From assembly GCF_009914755.1 (NCBI RefSeq), contig NC_060938.1: a DNA stretch of 64,000 nt; one strand, given 5' to 3'. This stretch comes from the human T2T-CHM13v2.0 reference genome, Homo sapiens. Below are positions 11,900 to 25,769 of the stretch, piece by piece (position 1 is the first letter of the stretch; each line of letters opens with the position of its first letter). The position numbers and the translations under genes are program-made. The notes beneath the pieces are model-generated. The model did no database searches. It had not been told where the DNA came from and saw only the letters and a program-made list of their open reading frames with translations.

Positions 11900-13785
11900 C
11901 CGCCTCACTCTTTTAACATATGACTTTGTATCTGACTTTACTAAGCAACTTGAAACTTCTTAGAATGAGCTCCTCCATTTCCTGTCCTGATGCCTGCAAA
12001 CTTATGTGTAGTCACAGTTATCTTCATCTGGTTTTCTCCAGGGGTATCCCATCTGCTCCTGCATCCTCCTAGGCCTTGCTCTGTTAGTCATTGTCCCTCC
12101 CTCTCTTTCTAATTTTCAGCCACGTTTATTTACTGTCTGTTTCTCCCTCCAATGTGTTACTGTCTCTTTCTCCTTGGCTGTCAAATGTTCTCTGCGTTTC
12201 CCATTTTTGTGCTTCTCGTACCTACTAATGACTTACCTATTTGTCAACTCCAGTGGACACGCTATAGTCCTTATCTTTCTGGAGCTTCTTCTTGTATTTA
12301 ACCCAACATATCCACTCTCTTCTCTAGAAGAGTTTTTAGCTTCTGCAACCGTCCATGCTTCTGTTCTCTTGCTGCCTCTATGTCTTGTATCTCCTTGGTG
12401 GGCTTCTCTTCCTTTGTCCACCTGTTACTGTTGGAGTTTAGTTCTGGGAGTGTTGCTTTTCTCTCCTCATATATACTCTGGCCTTGGGACTTCATCTGCT
12501 CTCTAGGTTTTCACTCTCTGTGTGCCAGTGATTCCCATGTCTCTGCCTTGCACTGCCTGGTGACCAGATTCTGCTGGTTGTCATGTGAGTATCTGAAAGC
12601 CTCCTTAAATTTTCCAGGAGCTGAATGCATGACCATTTCTCCTAAACCTCCCCTTCTTTTCTGAATTTAGAGACCATATTATATATGGTGGTTAAGATTA
12701 GGGCTCTGGAATCAGATTTGGATTTGAATTGGGGCTCTGATACTTCCTGGATGTTTGAGCTTGAACAAGTCACTTAATTCCCTGACCCTCAGTGTCTTTC
12801 TTTTTAAAATGGGGATAAAAATACTATCCATCTCAGAAATTCTTATGAGGTAGATTGTAATGCATTTGTACAGTGCCTGGCTCAGAATAAGACTGGAATA
12901 AATGTTAGCTGCTGCTGTTCTCTTTCAGTTTCCCTCATCCACGGAGACATCCAAGCCAGAAACCTGGGAGTCATCTCTAATGCCATTTTCCTTTAGCTCC
13001 TTAATGCCTGTTTTCTTTAGCTTCCATACATAGCCAGTTACCCAGTGTGGCTGATTTCTAATCACTGTTTACTTCTTCCTTCTGGACATTTCTGAGTTTT
13101 CCTTTCTCTTGATTCCCATTACCACTACCTGTGTGAGGCCTTTATCCTTACTTTCCAAGATGAAGCCACAGCCTCCTGCCTCCTTTATGTTCCTGTGATC
13201 CTCCCTCCAGTGTGTTACCAGGCTGCCTCTCTGTGTCTAACAGGGTTTCCACCCTGGTTGAAGCCCTCTTGTGATGCTCCATTATATGCAAATCAAAGGC
13301 CAATCTCCTTAGCATGGTATTCCTGGGTGTCCTCCTGGCCCTTGGTGGCATTCTAGCCTCCCTTTTACCACTTCCTGATTCCGGCTTCATCCTTGAGCAA
13401 CACAGTCTTGCTGTGTTCCCTGTGCAGGCCCTGCTCTTTAGGCTCTTTCCCACCTTTGTTAGCGACACTGCTTGGAATGCTCCCTTCCCTGCTTTTGACT
13501 TAGTAACTCCTCATCCTGAGGACTCAGCTCAGCTGTCACCTCCTCCAGGAAGCCTTCTCTGACCCTTCCAGGATAAGTTAGGTAATCTTCCATAGAGTCC
13601 TGTCATTCTCTGTGCCCATGATGCACTTACCACGTTGGATCATAATCTATTTATGTGTCTTTCCTCCCAGCCTCAGTCCTGAAGGGCAGAAACCATGTGT
13701 CATTCCACCTCATATTTTTGTGCCTAGCTGGATGCTTGACATGTAGTAAGTGCTCATGAAATGTTTGTTCATTGAATAACTGAAT
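11900..13785 (+). mobile_element. L2 (long degraded fragment) with a nested MIR
   Basis: Pyrimidine-rich L2 body (caagccagaaacctgggagtcatc) ending in the L2 tail catgtagtaagtgctcatgaaatgtttgttcattgaat. Confidence 0.7.
12675..12915 (+). mobile_element. MIR
   Basis: gtggttaagattagggctctggaatcaga...cctcagtgtctttc...aaaatggggataa...cagtgcctggc...aataaatgttagc. Confidence 0.8.
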
Positions 13786-14339
13786 TCAAGAACCAGTAGA
13801 CCTCAGGATGACCCTGGTTTCCTGTTTCTGTGGACCACAATGCTCTGGGGCAGTGCTGCGTATCAGAGGTTCAAGCCATGGCTGGAGCAGCCACCCCTGA
13901 AGTAGACACCCTAATATCCTTCCCACTGAGTTCCTAGTTCTACATGCTGGAGTGAGGCTGTCAACTCTGAAGTGTCAGAGTGTGTCTGAAAATGATTGCT
14001 GTGAAAAATAAAATATTTCACATTGCAGGCCTCATTTTTAAGTTATTTTTCCCAGAGAACATTTTCATATTTTAGAACTTATGGTAATGTTAACACTTTC
14101 TATTTGCATAAGCACTTCCCTGTTGGGAGATACTGCAGGTGTAAGTTTTTCTGAGGAGTGTCATACCACCATGGAACTATTTTCCATCGATCTGGAGATA
14201 GGGAACTTCTTGTATACTCTGAGAGAGAACTTCTTTGAGATGTAAACTAGACTGACCTACTTTAGAGGCTGCCTGTATCCTAATTTTCTGTTTTAAAAGA
14301 GTGATGGCTGAACACTGAAAAGCTCGGGACATTTTAGAA

Positions 14340-14526
14340 CTGTGCTGCCCAATATGGTGGCCACTAGCCATATGTGGCTATTTAAGTTTAAATTGAATTA
14401 AAATAAAATGAAGTGGAAAAAATTAAGTTCATCAATTATATTAGCCACATGTAACTGATGACTAGTGGCTACCTACCATATATAGAACATTTCTATTATT
14501 GCACATTATTCTACTGGACAATGCTG
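14340..14526 (-). mobile_element. MER3 (hAT-Charlie MITE)
   Basis: ctgtgctgcccaatatggtggccactagccatatgtggcta...ggacaatgctg; 8-bp TSD-like ttttagaa/ttttagga. Confidence 0.8.
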
Positions 14527-14838
14527 TTTTAGGATGTAGAAGTCCTGATGGATAATATCAAAGCCACCTTACCACAGACAGAGTTTTACAGAGCTGTGAA
14601 GTAATTCTTACTGGGAACACCAGATACTTACTTACCATTTTATATAGCGTATGTGGCATTCTCTCATCTTATCATTAGAGCATGCCTGTATCTTTAGCGA
14701 CAATAGCATTCAAACACCAAATGTTATATTGTCTGTCTGGAAATGTTTTCTTATACAACTCAAAGGGGAAGAGAGGAATATGTCGTGAGTAAATGGAATT
14801 ATTTTTCTCTGCACCACATCATTATAAAAACTCGAAGA

Positions 14839-15144
14839 GGTTGGGTGCAGTGGCTCACGCCCATGATCCCAGCACTTTGGGAGGCCAAGGCAGGTGGATC
14901 ACTTGAGGTCAGGAGATCAAGACCAGCCTGGCCAACATGGTGAAATGCTGTCTCTACTAAAAATATAAAAATTAGACGGGCATGGTGGTGGGCGCCTGTA
15001 ATCCCAGCTACTCGGGAGGCTGAGCCATGAGAATCATTTGAACATGGGAGGCGGAGGTTGCAGGGAGCCGAAGTCGCGCCACTGCACTCCAGCCTGGGTG
15101 TCAGAGTGAGACTCCATCTCAAAAAAAAAGAAAAAAGAAAAAAG
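14839..15144 (+). mobile_element. AluS
   Basis: Dimeric Alu; TSD aaaaactcgaaga on both sides. Confidence 0.93.
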
Positions 15145-16204
15145 AAAAACTCGAAGAGGCTAAAACGTATCCTGGAACTAAATATTTACATTTCTTAAAG
15201 CCATGTGTGTTTTCTTTGGATGAAAGGATAACAAATGATTTGTATCGTTGGATAATATAAAAACACTTCAAAAAGTTAAAATTGAAAGAAAGGCAGGATC
15301 TTCTACTTTTCTTTATTTTCCTCCCCAGTTACCCAACCCACTTGGCTTCCAGGAGCCTGAGAAGTTGAAGAAGTAAACAGAGGTTTAGTTCAGCTGTTAA
15401 CCATGCTAGGAAGTTCTAGCTATCTGGTAATACCATGGAACTCACCAGAATCTTTCATCATGGACCAGCTGCTTTTTACACTTGGATACCAGTACCCTAG
15501 ATGGTGGGAGAGACTGGAAGGATCGTTCAGGTCAGGGGTGATGGACTTCTGCAGTCCCTCTCACATACACTGTTCAAGTTACCTACAGTAGCTACGCACG
15601 GAAAGTAGGGTGTGAGTCATTCCATGATTGACAACCCCAGTGGACCACAGGTGACTCCCACCTGGGTGGCTTCGGGAACTCAGTTCAGAGGCTGCAGCAG
15701 GTGGGATATTTTTTGGATTATGGAGAGCTGTTTGATTTCACATCAGTGGGTTCTTCCCTCAACCTTGTTCAGATCAGTGCCTGAGTAAGTTCTAATATAT
15801 TAACCTTTTCTGAGAGAAGAGATGTGAGGATGAGGGTGGAGGGTGTGAATCTTGTTTTTTCACCATCCTGTTACTCTTCTGCATGCGGTGTCCCCTTACT
15901 GAGGAACAGAATAGAGGAGCTGTAAGTTGGGGTATAGTGTGGCAAGGTTTGTGAGAGACTTAAGAACAAAGGGTGTTTATCATAGGTAATTATCACAGTG
16001 TTGTTAGAGTGTAGGCAGAGCAGCTTTCTAACCAACATTACAAGTTTATTTTGCTAGTGAAACCTTTTATTTACCAATGAAGCATTAGAATTTCAGAGAG
16101 TTAATTGTTTGTGAACTTTGTTCATGGTCTTTCTGAAACTTTCAACTCTCTGTTTAGTTACAATAAGGCTCATTTTATAGCCTTTATTGTCCTCTTTTGA
16201 GAAG

Positions 16205-16352
16205 AGGCAGTATAGGTAGATAGGAACATGGGCTTGGGATCAGATAGACTGGGAATAGAAATCCATGCCTGACGCTTGGACAAATTGTTTAAACTTCTGA
16301 ATGTTAATTTCTTAACCAGTAAAATGGGAATAATAATGCTTACCTTACAGGC
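16205..16352 (+). mobile_element. MIR
   Basis: gaggcagtatagg...ggatcagatagactggg...gtaaaatgggaataataatgcttacct. Confidence 0.7.
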
Positions 16353-16670
16353 AAGGGGACAATTTCTTTGTGTGGAATAAAAAAAGGAAGGTAAGCTGAC
16401 TCATTTTCAGAAAGATCTTTAAAAATTAATAAACATGCCATATTCCTTAATCTTATTTATGATTACATTTGGTTTATTTAAGTTTTACCATGCATATCTA
16501 CTTAGTGTTATCAAACTATAAGGAGGAAGGGCTCTTGGTAAAATCAGTGAGATAATCTCAGAGTCTGTGCTCTTAGGAAATTAATAAAAAAATTAAATCT
16601 GATAAAAAAGATCTGTTTTAATAGCAAATTCCTTTTTAAGACTAATTGCTGTATTATCTAAAAGGAAACA

Positions 16671-16971
16671 AGCTGAGTGCAGTGGCCCATGCCTGTAATC
16701 CAAACACTTCGGGAGGCTGAAGCGGGAGGATTGCTTGAGCTCAGGAGTCTGAGACCACCCTGGTCATCATAGCGATATTTCATCTCTATGTTTTTATGTT
16801 AAAAAAATAGCTAAGTGTGGTGCTATGTACCTGTAGTCCCAGCTACTTGGGAGGCAGAAGAGGGAGGATAGCTTTGAGCCCAGGAATTCGAGGTTACAGT
16901 GAGCCAAGATTACATCACTGCATTCCAGACTGGGCGACAGAGTGGCATCTTGTCTTAAAAAAAAAAAAAAA
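16671..16971 (+). mobile_element. AluJ
   Basis: Diverged dimeric Alu; TSD aaaaggaaacaag. Confidence 0.9.
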
Positions 16972-17419
16972 AAAAGGAAACAAGGGGCCAAGGGAAATGG
17001 GGAGACTAGGAAATTCAAAGGATTATTTATTGGCAAACAGCAAAACCCTTGATTATTTGAATGTTTTGCTATTTTGAGTAATGTTATTTACTGATTACAG
17101 TGCAGTCTGAGTAATAACAAATCCATCATCCAGAGAGTTTTTGAGGCTAGACCACTCAGTTTTGACTGTTCACATACATTATTACATATTTGTAAAAGTT
17201 GAGTTTCATGTGACTGACACAGAAGAGGTGGAGTAATCAAATGTTCCTCTCTAGGATACTATGCAGTGATCATAAGGAAAGGAAATGAAGGTTCCCTTTT
17301 CCCTAATGCCTATATTGCTCAGGCCAGCACTCCTGAAGATGCTTGTTCTGTTGAAGCTCCATAATGTGTCGATGACCCTCTTTGCATCTGAGGCTGGGTT
17401 AATCCCCAGAGGTACAAAG

Positions 17420-18500
17420 ACAAGTCAGGGATGGCATCTGTCTTGGAGATGAGGTTATCCTGAAGGGGATGTGGACATTGGCACAGGGGATGCCAGTATC
17501 AAATGATTGGTGTTGAACAGGGAGCTGGGAGATCATAGAAAACAGCCTCTTCCCTCATGTGAGAAGAAGGGAGGTTAGGGCAAGACTTCCTGGAGAAGTC
17601 GCCTAGACGGAGTCTTGAACAATGGGTAGGACTTAGATGATGAACGGGTGAGAGAGAAGGAGGAAGGCATTGTAGGCTAAGGGAACAGCATGAGTGTCAG
17701 TGCATTAAACAGTCTGTGTATGCTTGCAAGGGCAAGCCTTTCCATGTCAATAGCATATAAAGCATAAGGGTGGGAATCAAGGACTATAAAGGGGTAGTTG
17801 GGGGCCCAGCCATGAAAAGCCAAGTATACTCTATGAAGGCTTAGAGCATATGCTTCTAGCTGATGGGGAACTGTTGAAAAATTTTAAGCAGGGGTGTAAA
17901 TGGCCAGATTTTCCTGGTTTGCTATGGCAGCTCATTGAGTCATAGATTTGTGGCTGGATAGCAGGAACCGATCATGATAGGCTCAATGTGAGATGATGAA
18001 TATGTGTAAGAAAGCAGTGAAAGTCAGGGCTGGAGAGGAGAAGATGGGTTTGAGAAGTACACAAGATTTGGAGTTGATACAATTTTGATCAACTGGCTAC
18101 GGGGAGTGGATGAGATGGAAGAGACCAGAATGACACTTGAAGTTCTGGTGGCCATTTTGAACCTGGGGAATATAGGAGGAAGAATGGGTATGTAGGGGCC
18201 AAGGTAATATACTGATTTTAAAAAGTGTCCATCTGGCAATTGAATGTGAGTCTGACGCTCTGGGAAGATGGCGTCTGGAGATGGGAATCTGGGAGCCATC
18301 ACCTAGAGGTGGTAGTTAGAGCCATGTGAGTAGGTTGGTGCCCAAAGAGAACTCTGAGGATGAAGAAGGCAACGGGCAGGGGATGGAGTCCAAGGGAACA
18401 CCAGACAGAAGTGGAGGGATGGAGGGAAGAGGAAATTTCTAGAAAAGACTCAGAAGAATGGGTCTGGAGGTAGAATCTGTGGTGTCACAGAAGCTGGGGC
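17420..18500 (-). mobile_element. L2 fragment
   Basis: Purine-rich antisense L2 features (agacttcctggagaag, gaaggcattgtaggctaagggaacagcatg, aaattttaagcagggg, ggagatgggaatctgggagccatc). Confidence 0.7.
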
Positions 18501-18514
18501 AGGGGACAGTTTTA

Positions 18515-18842
<328 letters not shown>

Positions 18843-19169
18843 TAGTATTTGATGAAGTAGCAGGCAAGATAGAATGGGATTGGGAACTTGAAGAGAATGG
18901 AGACTGTTTGGAATATCCCAGTCACTGAAGGAAATGGGAGATGAGATGATTGAGGAAAAGTAAAAGAAGTGTGAAGAGATGCTGAGGCTCAGCTGAGATT
19001 AGAAACTGAATTTACAGTGGCCCAAGTGTGTGTGGCTCCCCAGCCTGTGTGTCAGAGGCAGCAGATACTGAGACTGGTCCAGGGTGGATTTTTACCAGTC
19101 AGATGTGGCAGAAAGAAGGTGTGAGGACGTGTGTATGTGTTTGCAGGGGGTGCTTTTAAGAATAGGAAT

Positions 19170-19480
19170 GGCCAGGTGTGGTGGTTCACACCTGTAATCC
19201 TAGCACTTTGGGAGGCTGTGGCTGGTGAATTGCTGGAGCCTCAGGAGTTCGAGAGACCAGCCTGGGCAACATGGTGAAACCCCATCTCTACCAAAAAGTA
19301 CAAAAACTTAGCCAGGTATGGTGGTGTGTGCCTGTAGTCCCAGGTACTAGGGAGGCTGAAGTGGGAGGATCACCTGAGCCCAGGGAGGTCCAGGCTGCAG
19401 TGAGCCATGATTGCACCATTGCGCTCCAGCTCGGGCAACAGGGTGAGACCCTGTCTCAAAAAACAATTAAAAATAAAAAT
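19170..19480 (+). mobile_element. AluJ
   Basis: Dimeric Alu with J-type right arm (gaggatcacctgagcccagggagg). Confidence 0.9.
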
Positions 19481-21960
19481 AAGGAACAGGAAGGAGTGTG
19501 GCTAGGAGGGACCTAAGAGGATAGAAGGAAGCAGTTCGTAGACCTGGATGGCTTGTATGGTTAAAAAGCAGATGTAATAGAAGGGCAGGAGGCGGTAGGG
19601 TGATGTAGTCTCCAAGGTAGAGCAGTTTGAGGGAGTGGCCATGGGAATGGCTGAGAGAAGTGGCCTGGAAGTGAAGGCCAGTGAGGTAGAGGATAGCCCA
19701 CAGGGAAACCTTTGTAGAAATGGGACTTTTATTCCACTTGTAAGATTCACACTGAATTATAGCATTGGATGTGTAGAATAAGAAACTTCATTTTGGTGTT
19801 TGAGAACACAGTAGATAGGTGTGTGTCCTAAATGTTTTGAGCCATATGCAGGGGCAGGTATAGGATAGTGTATCTGAAGATGCTGTTGGGATTCTATTGT
19901 CATTTATTTATGATGTGGTAAAAAGTCTGACTTTGTGTCTCTTTAAAGGAAAGTTTTGACAATGAATATAACTTATAATAATACTTTTATGTATTTACAC
20001 TTTTCAAAGTCATTTCATAATGTTTGCTATTCAGTTTAGTTTAGTGGCTCTGGGTAATCTATTTAAAGTCCATTTTCAGTTTGTTAGTTTCTGTAGACTA
20101 CAAGTGTAGAGGGAAAATGTATTTCACGTATTTCACTGGGTAAGAGAATGGATTATTAGCAAGAACTTAAATCTAAAATTTAAGCAGTTTCTAGTGCTGA
20201 GGGACACGATAGATTTATGCTGAATTGTATATTTCTGTATTTGATTTTTTTTTAAACTGCAGGCATCTGTGTCTTCCAAGGTGAGAAAAAACGTTAAAAC
20301 ATATCATGTATTTTCTGGCCTCCTACTATGTACCAGGTGGTATGAGGACATAAAGAGGCAGAAGATACGATTCTTGCCCCTAGATAGCTTCACATTTAGC
20401 TGAAGAAACAAGACATAAACACAGGAAAAGTTAGCTAATCATGCAGGGTTTAAATAGCAAGGCATGACATGACTAATGGGGAGATGCATTGTTTAGGCAG
20501 TAATTCCTACAGGAGTTCAGAAGAAAGAGATTATTTTAGGCTGTGACAGTAAAGGAAGGGTGTAAAGACTTAAAAGGAGAAAAGAGAAAAGGCTTATGTA
20601 GAGGAACTGAAACTTGGGAATGACTGAAGCCTTGTTCTACCACTTATGCCTTACCTTGTGCCTCAATTTCCCAATCTGTATAACATAATGATGATGTGTT
20701 ACCTCCCAGACTGTCAGAAGATGAGACAGTGATTGCAGAAAAGCTCTTTGCAAATAATGCCTGGTCCCTCCATACTGTGTAGACAGTAAAAATCGTACAC
20801 TTTTTGAAAGTCTTTGAAAATTTAGGTTACTAGGGTATAATTTCTGTCGTTCAAGTTTGCCAAGTAGGATTTTTTAAATTAGCATATTGCCAGAAGTTTG
20901 ACTTTCTTCTTTTTCCCAGTAAGGAGAGATTTGTAAGACTCTGAAAAAATTTTAAGCAAGCAATTAGACACATTATTACTTTGGGAAAATTGCTTTTATG
21001 GCCAGGCATCCTTTTCTGTTTCTTTATTTCCTTGAGCAAAGATAATGATTGATAAGGAAGTAAAACTAGAAAGAAGCCAGATCCAAACTTAGAAGGAAAA
21101 TATTTTGTCACGTATGGAAGTTCAGTGGAGGTTGCAGGTTGGCTGATGACCACTTTGGGTGAACCCAGCCTGACACTCAGCATTTTGGAGATGATAGTCT
21201 CAGAGTTCACAGGTTTCCTGTGTATAAGGAAATGGATGTCGGTCATTTCAACTGTACTGTTAATTGCTTTGGGAAAATGAGTGGTATTCATTAGGCAAGG
21301 AAGCTTGTAGCCAGCCCTGTAATTAATGTGAAACCTTTTCATACAGCCAGTGGCTCTTCAGCATCTCTGTACTTTATGTTTATGTGTATACTTAGGCTTG
21401 CTTCAGTGGCCAGAGGCTTCAAGGCATTCAGGGCTCTGGGGGCTCTTATTATAATGGTAATGAAAATTGGACCCTAGAACTTTGGACCTCCCCAGCCTTA
21501 AATCCACTGAGAGGAGCTCTCTGTCTAGGGATGTGGCTCCTTCTGCTGGCTTCTTCCCTTCTCTAAGATAGCAGTGAGATGCACTAAACATGAGATTTCT
21601 AAAACAAATACTTCGATGAGTAGGAAAGTCTGTTTTCCTGAATATATCCACTTTCCTACATATTCCATTGCTTGTGGAAGCAATGACCCAAGGGTTATAT
21701 GCAGGACTTTTTCTTACTTTGGCAGACTGGAGACCCAGAGCTCAGAGAAGGCAGAAAGTGTGTTAAAGAACAATAGGAAAAGTGGTGAGAGACAGGCAGA
21801 TGAAGGAAGCATGAACTACCATCACAGAGAAAGGGTAGAGTCAGCAGGTAATTCTCAAAGGGATGTGCATCTGCCCCTAACCCAATCTAAATGCCTGACT
21901 CAATGTCCTCAGAGGACACGAACCCTGGAAAACAAGTATGAGATGATACTACTCAGGTAT

Positions 21961-22003
21961 TGCGTGTGTGTGTGTGTATGTGTGTGTGTGTGTGTGTGTG
22001 TGT
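21961..22003 (+). repeat. Interrupted (TG)n microsatellite
   Basis: Read directly from the sequence. Confidence 0.93.
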
Positions 22004-22321
22004 CAGAGGTCAGCCCTGATGTAATTGCCACCGAGGTCACCGTGGATGAGGTCATTGTGGGTGAGGTTACAGTGCAAGAGCTGTCTTTTGGTGCTGTTCT
22101 GGTCTTGTGATTTCCCTATTTTCAGCACCCAGTAGGTAGGTGCTCAATAAATGTTTGTTGGAGGAATGGGTGCTGGGGCCAGCCCCCTAACTCTGGCCTC
22201 TGTTGGACGTTTTGTGACCTGGAATCATTCTAGAAGGAAAGAGACTGCCCAGAGTGGATTTGTGTCCTGCTTGTGACTTTCTTGGTAACAACTACAATGA
22301 ATATGCTCCCCAGGCTCTTAA

Positions 22322-22631
<310 letters not shown>

Positions 22632-23792
22632 TGGAGAGCTCTTGATCTGTAGGTGAATCTTAGTATGAGGGCCTTGGAGGAGCTTCCAAGTGTCTGAGAG
22701 CCTCATGAAATGGGATGCAAAGTTAGGAATTTCTAAGGAGAAAGTCAGAGGAGCCTCTGATTCCCAGCCGGCTGCTAAGCCCTTCCTTAACCAAGGTTCA
22801 CCCTCCCATGTTGCCTGCTGGGCTGCCTTACAGCAGCCTCTAGTTCCAACATCTGCTGTAGATTTCTGACACTCACAGTCTACCCTTCACCTCTTCTCTG
22901 GCTATTACCAGTACTTCCTCACTATCCCTAGTCATGGGAAAAAAAAAAAAGAGAACCGTGTCCCCAAGATGATCTTGCCTTTGAGCCTTGTGTGTTTCCT
23001 GACAGGGAAAAGGCCCTGTACTGCCATGTCCTCCCCTCTGGCTGCTTCATGCCGGGTCTTCTGCCTAATACCTGACACAAGGAGACTCCTCCAGACTGAA
23101 CTGCGAGGAAAGGCTTTACAGGCAGAACAGGCTCTGCAGAGTTGCTGCTCAGTAGGCCAGGGGTCAGCAGACTTCATGCTGTGTGCCTTAGGCCACATGA
23201 GTGATCCTCCTGTAGATATTTCCCATCAGTGAAAACAGAGCTGGCACTGATCACCTCCTCTCTTACAGACTGCGGAGCTAAAGTGGGCTGCTGGTTGGAA
23301 TGTGCTGTGAAAGTTGGAATGTTTTTGCAAATTTTATTTTATTTTTTGAATTTGAAGTAGAAAGCTGTTTGATTATAAATGGTGACTTTTCCCTTCTAAA
23401 ATCATTTAAAATTTTTGTACCCTTTGAAAATGACATTTAATTATAGGCACTCAAAGTGCAGTTGACAATTATTGTTATTTTTGGGGAATTGTTTAAAGGA
23501 TGTTCATTCATGCATGCATTTTTTTCATTATTTACTTATTCAGAAAGATGTGGAAGTCTAATATGTGCCAGGCACTGGGAAACAGTGATCCTGCTGCTCA
23601 TATTTCCATTCTACACCCAAGCTGTGTACTTGGTCATGTGGCTTGGATCTTTGTAAATCTCCTTTACCCTCTTTGCCCTGAAGAACGTTATTAGAACTTG
23701 GTATGCAAAATACACCATTGGCTGATTGTTGGAATACTTTTGAGCAGGTTTGTAACCACTTTCAGTGGATGCTGTGTGAAGACCCACTAAAG

Positions 23793-23961
23793 CAGTGGTT
23801 CTCAAGGTGTAGCTTGCATCAGTATCACCGGGAGGGTTTGTTAAAACAGCTTGCTGGACCCCCATGCCCAGATTCTGTTTCAGTCCCTGACTGCATTTCT
23901 AACAAGTTCCCAGGGGATACTTATGCTGCTGGTCTTGGGGATCACACTTTGAGAACCTCTG
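23793..23961. mobile_element. MER5A (hAT-Charlie)
   Basis: TIRs cagtggttctcaa...ttgagaacctctg; TSD-like cactaaag/cattagag. Confidence 0.85.
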
Positions 23962-24564
23962 CATTAGAGACATTTCTTTAGACCTAAGGGCTTTGAAGTC
24001 TCTTCTCCTGAGAAATTGGTGTGGTTTCATTAGGGTTTATCGTGAACCTTGTTTGTGAACCTGGTTTTCTTTTTGTTTGCTTTGCTTCGCGTCAGAAATT
24101 CAGATTCAAATTTGTAGCTCAACTTTAAGAAAATTTTAACAGTTACATCTTAACTTTTCCCAGCCTTGATTTCCTATTTCATTTTCCCCATTCTGATTTT
24201 ACATGTTTACACAATATAAGTTCCTGTATACTGACTGTTTTGTGGAATGTAGTATATATTGAGAAATATGATTGCAGTCAGTGTTCTTTTCTTGGACATT
24301 TGTCTTTCGAATCAACTCTAAAGTATTACATGTTTTGACTGTTTAATGCATTAGTTATGGGAGTAGATTCCCCAGAAGAATTATATTATTAATAGCAACT
24401 AACCAAAGGATTGGAAAGAAAAAATTGGGAAGAAAGTGACAGAAAGTTCTTGGTAAAAAACAGAACTTTATTTTTAAACTATTGATGCATAGATAGTATC
24501 TACAAGCAGTAATACATATGCATATATCTGTATGTTTATATGTGTATATATATGTGTGTATGTA

Positions 24565-24860
24565 TGGTTTTTTATTTTTATTTTTATTTCTTTTTGAGAC
24601 AGAGTCTTGCTCTGTCACCCAGGTTGGAGTGCAGTGGCGTGATCTCCGCCTCCCAGGTTCAAGCGATTCTCCTGTCTCAGCCTCCCAAGTAATTGGGATT
24701 ACAGGCGCCCATCACCACACCTGGCTAATTTTTGTATTTTTAGTAGAGACAAGGTTTCACCATGTTGCTCAGGCTGCCTCGAACTCCTGACCTCAAGTGA
24801 TCCGCCTGCCTCGGCCTCCCAAAGCGTTGGGATTACAGGCGTGAGCCACCGCACCCGGCC
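24565..24860 (-). mobile_element. AluSx-like with a short right-arm deletion
   Basis: Antisense Alu; gtgatctccgcctcc lacks the ggctcactgcaacc segment. Confidence 0.92.
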
Positions 24861-25769
24861 ATGTGTGTTCTTTTAAAAACTGAGAACCCTAATACATAAA
24901 CAATATACTTTCTTTGGTTGTTGGAGAAAAAGCGAAGGGATGAGGTGGTGATGAGAACAGTGAAGGCAAACTACAGTGGTTGCCCAACTTTACTGGAGTC
25001 ACCTGGAGTTTGTTAAGTGCGATGCCAGTTTGCTAGGCCTGGGGGTGGGGCCTGCATTTGTAATAAGTGTATCAGGAAATTCTGACCCACGAGAGGTGGG
25101 AGAGGTTTAGCACTGGGTAGAAAAATGAAAGGCCCAATCTGTATTAAACCTGCTCCAAATCTTTGTATCCATTTTTGGATGAGGAGTTCCTGTTCAGATT
25201 TTCTGCAACTTTTCCTGAAATCAGAGTGTAATGGGCACAATATCATTCATATTAGTCAGTCTTAGCTCCAGAAAGTACTCATTATGTTAGATGTTCATTG
25301 GAAGTAGTTTGTAGCTGATTTTTTTCTCTTTCTTCGCTCTCTGTATTTCTGTCTTCTACTTCTGTTTTTAGTTGAAGAGAAGATACTTTACCAACAGCTT
25401 GTCTGAAAACAATTTGCAGATAGGAGTACTCATAGAAAACTCTTGGGGTTCTCACTGTGGGTCTTCTCCAGGGGTGTGGATAACACCAAACACTGCAGTA
25501 TGGAAACTAGCGCAAAATGGGATGTGCTGTGACACTGGCCAGCTGGAGACAGTTGGGACAGGGGATGACTTAACGTTAACATGGGAATGTTACATACACA
25601 GTCTAGAAAGGCCAGATATTCTTTTGCACTGCTGCCTCTGGCTCTCTTTTCATCTATTTAGTGAATAACCAAATTTATCACCTGTAGTAATCAGTTACTA
25701 ATTTAGAATTTAATTTCTTTAAGAGTTACCTGGATTTAGGGCTCAGTGAAGGCAGTTTTTATTTAAAAG

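Noticed and set aside
20851-21342. 163-aa minus-strand ORF
   Set aside because: No recognisable domain; length is compatible with chance in 64 kb.
21574-22110. 178-aa ORF with CVCVCV and EVTVD-like repeats
   Set aside because: Open only through a (TG)n tract and a 15-bp repeat; starts at GTG; no recognisable protein or exon structure.
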